Part shown: positions 49,122-60,000 of the stretch, in pieces
How positions within the stretch are numbered: the stretch's first letter is position 1
How the letters are laid out: the number at the start of each line of letters is the position of its first letter
DNA from: Botryllus schlosseri
Taxonomy: Eukaryota
Direction of reading: 5' to 3'
Assembly (NCBI GenBank): GCA_051294905.1
Contig: CM119373.1
Coordinates: forward strand, 2,110,001 to 2,170,000
Length of the DNA stretch: 60,000 bases
Program-made: the position numbers and the translations under genes
Notes under the pieces: generated by a model
What the model was told of the DNA's origin: nothing
The model's input: the letters and a program-made list of their open reading frames with translations, nothing else
Database searches by the model: none

Positions 49122-52100
49122 AAGAGTAGCGTACGGCCAGTGTTGCTGAATACAAATTCTGTAGGCGGAATTGGACTCTGAGCTGTCGTAGGAATTCGTC
49201 AGAAACAACATATACAAATGCGCGTGGTCTTATTCGTGTAGTTTTTGCGCTATCACGAAGCAACTAACGACCCAGATTAAACATTTAAATTCTAACCTTA
49301 TCCAAGTCTATATCATGGTCTCATGCTCAGTCTTCTAGAATGATAGATACTTTTGTGCTCAGCGCTTCTTTGGAAATTGTATCAATCATCACACCCATCT
49401 CTGATCTGAACATATAAAGTGTCATTACCATGTTTTCATCTGATATCAAACTAATTTAATTTGTGAATTGTTCTTATGATCTAATTTTACTCCTAATCTA
49501 ATTTATAAAATGTTTCTATGCTCCAATTTCAATTCCAATCTAATTTATGAATTGTACTTATTCTCTAATTCTAATTCTTATCTAATTTGTGAAATGTTCC
49601 TATACTTTAATTTTAATTCTAACCTAATTTATTATTTTTCTGAAAATGCCTATTAGACCGCGGCATTTTGCAGCGAGTCCCTCTCGAACAGGGAAATTAC
49701 GAGCCAAGCCGCCATCGCATTACTTACACCGTACATAATTAGTAGTTGTTGTGCGACGAATAATAGCCTACCGGCATGGTAGATTGTTCGTTTGTATTCT
49801 GGAACAATTGTGACGCTTATCGTCCAATCATGTTATTTGCGCCATGATAATGAATGTTGCAATGTTCATCGATCTTTGCCTTTGGAACTCTTTTCGGACT
49901 ACTTCCTATCACGCGTCCATTCATCATCGATATCTATCTCGTTTGCATGCGTCCTCTTCAGTGTCTTTTGCTGACGATTTTAGAAGCTCGACTTCAATAG
50001 ATCAATTTGGGGTTTTCTTACGGTACTGCATACGCAGTGAGGTAAAATACAAATGAATCGATATTGGGGCTGGATAGACATGTAGCTAGGTGAAAGACTA
50101 TCTCATCCTAAAGATTGATTGTGGGGAAGCTCAGGCCCGTTTTCCAAGCGTCTCGGTCTTGGGCTTGGCGGTGTCGGGTCCATTGTACGTCATGGCAATA
50201 TGCCTATTCATACTAGCTGACTCGCCATCGATGCAATGCTGTTGCCATCGTTGAAGCCATTTCCGCTATCGCGAGGAATAGTGTTGTTGAGCACAGACGA
50301 ATAGGTTTATTTAAAATAACAACAATATTAATTTGAAAGTGAAATCATTTTCCGCATTTCAAAATGCTTTATTCGCCTTTATTCAAATTCACAGATCAGA
50401 TTGCCTGCCTCAAAATACAGATTCGCGGGCCGCGTGTTGATGACCTCTGATATAGTGCAAAACGAGCAAAGCTTGATATACAGACGTTAACCAGTCTCTT
50501 TGTTATGAGACTCCACTGTGATTTGATATGTACTTAAATTTTGCTGCATTTATTTCCCATTCAGAATTTCATTCAATTTCCAAGTTTTTCCGAATTCAGT
50601 AGCCAAAGTCTAATTGTAATTATAATCTAATTTGGAAATAACTGTGTTAATCTAATTCTAATTCTAATCTAATTTGGAAAAATCGTATAGCTCTAATTAT
50701 AATTATAATCTAATTCGGAAAAGCTAAAAATTTTCTAGTTGTCCTAGTCTGTCGCGTAAGTGGCGTCTTATAAAAGCCTATGAGTGGACCGTGCTGCAGG
50801 TCAGCAGCTACGAAATTTAGATGAAGCACATTGTCCTGGTGTAAATGACCATAGTAGTCGACAAACCCCATGAATACCTCAAACCAAACAAACAAGCGAC
50901 TAAAAAGAGAGCATAGAAGTACGCCAACTTATATCGTCGTTAGTGCCACTGATTTAGCGCTCCATAACTCTACTCAACAGACAAATCATCGCATTTTTGC
51001 CAATTCCATTGTTCGGGAATAAAGTCGTTGCTAGAATATAAACACCATGATCCGTGATATGATTTAATGCACTATTAAGTATATATGATCGATACTAGAA
51101 TATTCACGTGAAAAATAAGGACATGTGGAAAAATTTTGAACCGAGTTGACTGATGGTCCGGCTCGTGACAGATTTGAACCATAGTAGTCGACAAACACCA
51201 TGAATACCCCAAAAACAAACCAATACTCGTCGGAGGTAATTCGAATATTGCAGACGTTTAGTATTTTGCAACACAGACAACCTTGTATACTTCTGAAATG
51301 ATTCACGACGTGACAACGTAGATATTATCAATATTAGAATATTCAGGACAGAAATCTAGCCGACGCGAATGTGAGAGTGAGTACAATCGTTTTTCATGGT
51401 GCGGTTCCATGCACCTGTTGTCATGGCTTGGAATGTGGGAATTCCAGAAACATTTGGGCTGGTGCAAATACTTTGCAGCTTTGGTATGGCGTCCTGATCT
51501 ACTGCGACGTAATTGGCAGAAAAACGGCCAAGGTAAAATTTAGGATTTTGGGCAAAAAATTGCGCACATTTTCATACTTTTAGGTTGCTTATAAGCAGAG
51601 AGCTATGTCGATCAATGATTGTCTAATTGGGAGGTCAAGAAATAACAGCATGCACCATAGTGACTTATATCAATTGGCCCATAGCATGATGTATCAATAT
51701 GTATTACTTGCCCTCAGTTTTCGAAGATACCCCTTGATCAACTCTGCCGGCGAATGCGATCACATGGGCTGAGAAAGGATTAATGTTTGATAGGAATACG
51801 TGATATTATTAAGTTTAATTACGAAATTCATGAGTGAATCTGAAAGTTTCTCGCACTACGCGCGATCATATAACCGTTCCCATAACATGACCACTCGCGA
51901 TTTCGGTGCGTTTAGTAACCGGATATGAGTTAATAGATAAGGTTGGAGTTCACCGGAAATGGACATGGACACTTGGACAGCTTAAAATCGGTACTTGGCG
52001 TTAATCTAGTTCATCGCGACTATGCCATCCAATGTGGCCGCATGATTAATCGAGATGAGGCCAGTCAAGTAGCCAGTACGATTTGAGAATAAAAGTCATT

Positions 52101-52869
52101 TTTGAAGAGCCCTAATACTCAGACGCCGAATGCATTTTCCGGTCTGGCCGTAAGCATATATTTACTTGTTAGTCGTCGTCGAAATTGTTGACAGAGCGAC
52201 GGAAGGTATTGATTTTATAGGATTATTATACCATATGATTGCCCTAGTTGACTTTGGATAAAATTTTGACATTTTTTGATCTAACGCTACAATTTTGCAA
52301 AAAATGTTGACTTTTTTTGACATGTCAAAGAAAATCTCCCTAGCTATAATCGAACTATATGAGGTCCATCCGCGAGCATTATATGTAACCTGACGTTTCC
52401 ACTATAGCATGTTTTAAGTGGATATTTATCGAAACATCAAGTAAAGTGTTTAGATATGCAAATCAGAATTTATGAGCTAGGAAAATTGTATAACCAATAA
52501 TATATAAGGCGGAACGATATTGATCATATTTGCAGCTATATTCGAATGAACTGTAGCAACTTTGACATCAAACGGTCTGGACAAATTCAAATTCAGAGTC
52601 TGATGTCGGGAATAGTCATACGCGAATCTTCAGTGTCTACTATGTGGAGTGCAATTCTTCAACAAATATCACAAATCATAACGTATTCTTTATTGTAGTC
52701 TCTGGAGATAGATGTATATAAATAGATTGGTGTAGCAATTACGCAATTCATTTAATATGCCGAAACAATAATACACCGTGTCTAGCGATACTGATATCTA
52801 ATATAATGAAAATCTAAACCACTGTAAATAATATTGTCATAATTTCATTGTCATAATTGTCTACTCCAG

Positions 52870-53037
52870 CTTCCGACACTGCACGTCTTCGATTGTACAA
52901 TGCCTCCAGACGCTTATTATGACGTGACGGCCGTTGTCAAAGCCACCAAATGTACATGGGTGCATTTCGGACAATGCGATTTGTCAAAGCAGAAATTGGA
53001 ATGCTTGGGGATGGGCTGCAAGGAAAGCCAGTTTTTG
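52870..53037 (+). CDS. LRR exon type A, second copy
   Basis: ctccag|CTT...TTG|gtaagt, 168 nt. Encodes LPTLHVFDCTMPPDAYYDVTAVVKATKCTWVHFGQCDLSKQKLECLGMGCKESQFL. Confidence 0.75.
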
Positions 53038-53893
53038 GTAAGTTCATCAGTTTTGAATTTTTATGTCTTCCTAATTATATAATAAGAAATCGATCCAAAA
53101 ACCGCAGTCGTTCAAAAATCAATCATTAAATGATTTCCCGTGATACGCTGCCCTGGGCAGCATAACGAGAAAACAAATATAGTAGTAGAGAGTTTCCGCG
53201 GATGGATCCACGAAAGTTCATGTTGGATTTACGACATTTTTGGAATATATAGGATTAGGAGTCCGTAAGGGAAGATAAAGTAATAATGAAGGTAAAGAAA
53301 TGATAAGGAAATAATAAAATACAAAATAACTTATATTGTAAGCATAGGGAAGTAATATAGTAGCATGAACATGACTCAGTCCAAAGCAACTCTACCGTAT
53401 CACTTCACACCGTCAGGGTTAGTAAATGTGCTGGTAGGACGTATTAGCCTCGCCTTTCCTGTAGCAAATACAGGTATTTAGCTAAAACCCGAAGGGGTAG
53501 TTGGAATGTTTTGTTTCGAAGACATGTCTTACCACTATATTACGAAGATGAGAATAAAATCTGAAGATATTATAAAAAGGAGAGAGCGCAAATTAAAGTA
53601 TATGTAATTAAACAGAAATTTCGAAAGTATGAAAGTATATCAACCGCTGAGAACTATAGCAGACACAAACCTTGTCCATTCGATGGTCTTACAGCGGAAG
53701 AAACACGAAGCACCTGACAATCCGTAGCCAGAATATATTCGTGTGTAAGCAAAAATAGTTTGAAATATCGAAGTGTTTTGTTTGTAGTAGTCGCTGACGA
53801 CAAGTCAAGTTCATAGTGTGACGCAATATATGCGTGCTTGGTATGCTGTGTGATGATGGCTCATGTAATTAAAAATACAAAATTGTCATATAC

Positions 53894-54148
53894 TAGGGTT
53901 ACCATATTTTGGAAATCTGAAAAGGGGACACTTTTTCAAAATTTCAAAATGGTCATTTCTTTCCTCAACTACCGAAAGGATCACCGACGCGTTACTTCAG
54001 GGCTTATTTACTGTATCTCAGACGAATTACACCCTGTATTTAACCGAAATTCCTAAAAAAGAGGACATTTGGACGTCATCTGAGGACACTTTCAAAAAAG
54101 TCGAAAAATAGGACAAATCCTCTTAAAAGAGAACGTATGGTAACCCTA
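53894..54148. mobile_element. hAT (Blackjack-like) MITE
   Basis: TIR TAGGGTTACCATA / TATGGTAACCCTA; perfect TSD TCATATAC. Confidence 0.92.
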
Positions 54149-54274
54149 TCATATACATATTTGCTAGGATTCGGGGTGGGTGGGTTATAGTATATAGTTA
54201 AACAAAATTATTAATATATATGTATGGGTTAGGGTTGGGATTAGGGTGTAGTATATAGTCGAATAAATAATAAC

Positions 54275-55129
54275 TAGGGCAAGTTTTTGTTGCAGTAAAA
54301 TCGCGAGAAAGTTGTATTTAATTTCAACAAAAGTTGCAGTGAAAAGTTGCATCCATGATTTTTGTTGAATTGTTATGGTATGAGATACTCGAAAGGTTCC
54401 GTTCCTTCAGAGCTGTCAATTTCAATTCAACGATGTGACGAAAACGCCACAAATTACATTTTTCACGGCACACAGCAAGATAATCACGCAATGCGGGAAT
54501 AATTTCCCCGAAAAAGTCAAACAGCATAGCGATAACCCACTCCCCCTAAAACAAGTCGAATAACACACCCGAAACCCCCTAAGGTCTGGAAACTTGACCC
54601 AAGGCATTATAGTAAAACTCACGCTTTACGACTTTAACAAAATCAATAGCCTGGAAAAGGTGACCCAGTGAAAATGTAATTTTCGGCGGTCTCGCCTGGG
54701 GGTTCGTGAAATGGGAAACGATTTCAAATTCAAACGACGGAATTAATAAAGCGATCTAATTACATATTGTTCGGGCACGGTCGTGTTTGGCAAGGGTAGT
54801 TGAACTTTTTGCTTGCAAGCCATTGAGTCATAGATAACAGCTGAGATGCAGCTAACCCATCATATAGCTCTTTGTTAAGCAAAGTAAAGAGAATAGAACG
54901 ATACTAGAAATAGTTTATATCATGTTTTATATTCACTCCTTCACATTTTGACGCCACATCTGATAAACGTTGCAGTAAAATTGACATGAGAAATTGAGAA
55001 AAGTTGCAAAAAGTTGCACTATAAAATCCCTCCAAGCACCTTAAAACATCATAGTACATTGATTCTGAGCATCTAGGAAGCCATTGGAAGCTGTAAAAAC
55101 AGTTGCAAAAGTTGCAAAAACTTGCCCTA
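54275..55129. mobile_element. hAT-type MITE
   Basis: TIR TAGGGCAAGTTTTTG / CAAAAACTTGCCCTA; perfect TSD ATAATAAC. Confidence 0.92.
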
Positions 55130-56509
55130 ATAATAACATATTATCTACATATCAAGGTGAACGGCGAGATTTGTGGAATTAAATTAAATGTAGAATAGTA
55201 ACAGGATCCAATCTGATAACCCAATCCATAAACTATATTTACAGAGTTACGATAGGACATCGTGATCCGGATCGAGCATGATATATTGAGGTGCCGTTAG
55301 ATGTTTGTTAGGAATATGCACAAGGAAAATAAAGGAAGTATACCACATTTACAAAGATATATAGATAAAAGGGGTAAGAAAAGAGATACAGATAAGAGGT
55401 GTTATCAGATTAGATGTTATATAATATCAATTGGTCTTGTAACTTAACCAAGTTAAGAATTGTACAGGCAAAGTGAGATCCAGAAGCGTGACCCGGGGTG
55501 ATATTCTCATCGATATAATATTAGGAATGCATTTAGTTTTTATCGATAAAAGTATAGTAATTTACGGAATAGTATGTCACAGAACGGCATTGATATCACA
55601 AATGGAGCGAAATTACTGGAAATATTGCGCTTCTGTTAGCGTCACCCAGCACATGACAGCAATTTAGCTAATAAATTGTGTCGTATTAGATTTCAGAGGA
55701 CAGAAATCAGGATACTCTGGGCAGAGAGTAGGCAGGTTTCGCCGTTCGCAGGATCGATTCAGTTTCTAAATCTCATGACGGATCACTACAGTGTAATTAG
55801 GATGATAAATAAATGCGTAAAATCCACAGTCATAAATAGTTTTCGCTTCATTCAAGTGGTCGGATAAATGGAGATTTTAGATAGGTAAAGCAATATGATA
55901 TGCAACAAATGAAACAAGCATCAAGTTATTTACGACACGCATAAGACACATGAATTGTATATCACCCTACGTAACAAAATTTCTGTTTGGCCACCTTTTT
56001 GATGCCACTAGATATATATGTTTTATGATAGTGCTAAGTTCGAAAATTCAAGTATTTTTTCGTATAATCGATACTTTCCTATACTTAACACCGTACTTGT
56101 TTTTTCTGACTTATTTATAAAAATACCTAGTTTCAAAAGAGTTAGTGTAGTACAATTTGGACCAATTGAGAATTAAATATTATTGACAAATAAATGTTTA
56201 TGGTTTTATGTCAATTTCACCATTAATATATACTAATACTTTGGGTCCCACAATACATTATACGATAAGTCTTCTTTTAGGCATCAGTTCAAATTGCCAA
56301 AGAGTTTCCTTGCGGCAATTGATATCAACTAATTGTGTTTGATAAGCGTTCCTTTAAGCTTTTCCCTCTAACGTTTCGGTATGCCACATGTTGAATATCG
56401 TACATTTGTTTTGCCGCGAACATATTCAGGTTCCTAACCACGTATGCATAACCTATTATGTAATATGATTTGCGAAGTACAATGCAAGATTTGTGCATGT
56501 TGGTTTCAG

Positions 56510-56680
56510 ATTCCGAAACTTACGATAGATTGGTCCCATTCGATTGCAACTGAAGATGATATATCAGCTCTGTGTGACTTGATGATGTTTGCTGTACAAG
56601 AAATGACTCTATGGGATTGGAATATTGATGCTAAAGGCAAGCAGAGACTACAGGATACACTTCAGCTCGAAAATTCAAAG
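56510..56680 (+). CDS. LRR-like exon type C (57 aa)
   Basis: gtttcag|ATT...AAG|gtcgga, 171 nt, phase 0. Encodes IPKLTIDWSHSIATEDDISALCDLMMFAVQEMTLWDWNIDAKGKQRLQDTLQLENSK. Confidence 0.7.
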
Positions 56681-57169
56681 GTCGGATTTGACATTCGAAA
56701 CTCGATATAATAGTTTCTTACTGCTACTACTTATTTATTGCTACAGTTTAGTTTCCATTTATCTCCAATCCACAGCTGCTGGCCCACGGGTCACATCTGG
56801 ATTGACATGTATCTCGCTTGGTTCTGAGGCGCTAATCTGTTACTTATATCCTTGGGATTGACGCGCACGCATCATTAAAATATCGTTTTTGAAAGCACAT
56901 GTGCACTGTGCAACGCTGCATTCCTAACGTACTATAGGAACAATAAATATGTCACACAAGGTAACTGTATCTTTCTTATTTGTCGACTTGTGAAATTCGT
57001 GGCCCTGTGTATTCCTCACATCACACTGGATCTGGGAGGTATGAACTTTTAGCGGAAAACGTTCTCACTCTCCAATTGTAATCACGGCTTTACTTATGAA
57101 AGTGTATTTGAGATGGTCTGGGTTTTGACATATTTATCGCCGTAGTAGAATTCCCACATCCATTGCAGA

Positions 57170-57430
57170 TATAAAATGAAACCCAAAGCTTTTCGAGCTG
57201 ACACTCTTCAAGGGCAATCGTCAGCAAATGGAGAATTTCAAAATCATGCATCTAGCTACATGCAACCAATTATGACGTGGTAGAAACAAATAACATGAAA
57301 TACAGGCAAACCGCGAGCGCAACTAGTGGCAAATTTTCAGATTGACTAGAAATTCCTTCTACTGACACAAGCGCGGTCGGTGGATTTTAATATAAATCGA
57401 TTCCAGTGCAGACAGATGGAAATGAGAGCG
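57170..57430 (-). mobile_element. 5'-truncated Penelope-like element 3' end with hammerhead-like motif
   Basis: Minus strand 57430-57323 reads RSHFHLSALESIYIKIHRPRLCQ*KEFLVNLKICH*, resembling a GIY-YIG C-terminus. A minimal hammerhead-like motif follows at 57215-57181. Confidence 0.7.
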
Positions 57431-58904
57431 TGTGAGTGAATATATTAATAAAATATTTATTAAAGTTCTGTACCTCAAAGAATCTCTTTAATTTCCATAT
57501 CGATATACAGTACTGGGACTGACACGATGATCAGAAGGTCGGCGATTCCGCTTATTGTTCATACACCATGCAAATGACTTTTGCGTATACGCTTACTCGC
57601 CTTGTATTGTAACTGCCAGGGATGATCCCGAATTCTAACCGGTACACGTACGATCACGAAAGATGTCACTTGGCGTCGTCATGATGATTTTTATAAAAAT
57701 GTGAATAACTAAAAGGAAATGATGTCATCCACAAACACCATATACATACATGATGGCATTGAAAATATGGTTTAAAAAAAAAAAAACTTTCAAAATAATT
57801 GTTTTTGATTCTGAACATTTTAACTTCGCGGGCCGGTGAACCCTCAAAAATCTGGATTAATCGTTAATCTATAATTACAACATATGTATGCAACCAAAAT
57901 GTAGTATGGGATATTTATAGGTGGTTCTATTGGACTTTCTGCAAGACGAAACTCACGATTGTGGCTGTTTAGGATTTATGATAGAAACGCGTCTCTGCTG
58001 TTTGCTATAACCTCTAATATTCTGCCAGAGGTCGAGATCTAGCGAATCTGTAATATGTATGTGTCATTAATTTTGTAAGTTAAGGCGTGGATCGAAATGC
58101 GATTTACGGTAACATTTGAGTTGATATCTTATTCTTGAAGGTGACGAAGAAACATTCTTCATTGGCTTGCTCTAGCTTAGATTATAGTGCAAAACAAAAC
58201 AAAATGACAAATTCGAGTTTTTGAGCGTATGTCTCATAGGTGGCTTGGTCATGTGACTTCGGACCCACCGGGTGGGGACCGATGATACGTTCGAGCAACA
58301 AATTTTGAACGTTAATAAATAGTTTTTGAAAAGGCGGATATTCATGTAAATGCCCACGATAGCTAGAGCTTTGGATCAAAGTGTTGATCAAGCAGAAGAC
58401 CTGCTATTTTCGGCTGAAGATTTGAGGACCAGAGATAATTTTAAATTTTTGATCCATCGGTACCACATCGCCCCTACATGCTGGACGTTTAGCAGTCAAC
58501 ATTGTTATATCCAAAATCATGGAATTCAATCTATGATGGTATGATTTTATACCAAGTGCACATCCCTGCCGTCTGATAGGGACATTGCTCGAGGATCGGG
58601 CGTCGGCGAAGTGCTAAAATAATCCGACAATACCAAGTATGGGCATTATGATGTTGACCTCGGCCGTACTTCAAACGGCAACTCACTAGTTTTACATCGT
58701 AAGGGAAAACCACGGAGTTAATCCTGATCCTATACAGTTGATGCCTATGTGATATGCGGTGTAGGAATATAAATGTTTTAGGTTTATATTGCCTTTTTAT
58801 TATTTGATTGATGCTTATTTTTCGCATTGTCTTGATTACTGATTTATTCTTCATTATACATACTGGGAATTTCTTTCGCGCGAGCAGTCATTTTTTCTTC
58901 ATAG

Positions 58905-59015
58905 GTTATTCGTCTCCAGCTTCCGAGTGGAGACGCCTACACCAAAAACCGACCGGTAATGGAACCAAGGGGACAAGCGTCTATTACAATAACACCAAAT
59001 CAAGAAAATCCATAA
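58905..59015 (+). CDS. Candidate terminal coding exon of the LRR gene
   Basis: Strong acceptor ttttttcttcatag followed by phase-0 VIRLQLPSGDAYTKNRPVMEPRGQASITITPNQENP-stop. No homology evidence. Confidence 0.4.
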   Translation, partial: VIRLQLPSGDAYTKNRPVMEPRGQASITITPNQENP

Positions 59016-60000
59016 AACGATGCAATGCAACAAAATCAGCAGCGTGGCGAACGCCAACGTAATCATAAAGAACGTTGCCTGTTGCAGTAAAAATCAATGC
59101 GCTACAGTAAATAATATTGCTGTACCAACATTTCACTACATCTCAAACTGCACCAACTTACTCATTACATGTGTATTGATTTTCTTGTATGGAGCGATCG
59201 TTTCTCACAACCAATTATTCGCATGTGGTTATAACCGTATCATAAGAGTAGAGTCATGACTGTGAAAAATGAATCATTTATTCATAATTTTTAAATTGAA
59301 TAGTCGGCGGCATTCTTGCGGCAGAGCAGGAGTCATCAATTCGCCGCATGTGACCATAGTCATGTTATATTCTGCGGCCGCGTTTGTTTTAGCCGTTAAA
59401 AACACGAGAACAAAGCATATTTAAATGCTGAGAATCATTGCATTTTTGTAACCGTGATAAAAATCACAATATTATCATCTCATACGCTCATCTCCATAAG
59501 CAGTCTTCCCAATATTAACATGTCGGTAACAGCAGCGTGCTCTACATGGCAAATGTCTGATAGTAATAAGTTAGCGACGGTTTCACGTGACAACGGACCA
59601 GAAGCAAACAATGACCGAGCCACCAGCAACGTTGCCCGTGTACTTTTCTCTCATTGGGTGCTTCGTAGTGCATGAGTAATCCGAATCAAGTGTTAGACAT
59701 CGAGTCGAGTGTCGGTCATCTCTGATTGGGACATCGAAACAGTGTCGATGACCTGGGAAGTTTGAATATGTACTTTTTATGCGACTACAAAAATAATGCA
59801 AGGTATACATTACATTGAAGATAATTTCGCATTCGACCAGATCGATTTAATGGCGCTTCGAAACTATAATTTCAATACACGGAAATATCGGTTTTTACTG
59901 CCTGACTCGAATCATGACTAGTGATACTTGATTCGGATTTGGGTAAACTCCAACAATTGTGCCCAACTCTAGTACTAGGTACTACTGAAGCTATTGCGTT

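Overview
AT-rich, repeat-dense animal genomic DNA; an invertebrate such as a tunicate is my guess from repeat style only. The window covers the 3' part of a + strand leucine-rich-repeat gene (ribonuclease-inhibitor/NLR-type LRRs). It has five intact phase-0 exons of 168-171 nt, four decayed copies of one exon type and a candidate last exon, all inside multi-kb segmental duplications packed with hAT MITEs, tRNA-derived SINEs, Penelope-like fragments and satellites. The standout feature lies in an inferred intron at 22130-35535: a 13.4-kb insertion with Polinton/Maverick-type termini (AGTAGT... / ...ACTGCT) and a 6-bp target-site duplication (CACAAT). An empty homologous site is present at ~47090-47133. 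The insertion is almost wholly one giant palindrome (two ~5.45-kb arms around a ~610-bp spacer). It has no recognisable Polinton core genes and carries two divergently oriented, intronless, intact 392-aa triple-BIR inhibitor-of-apoptosis genes. All alignments were done by eye; no databases were searched.
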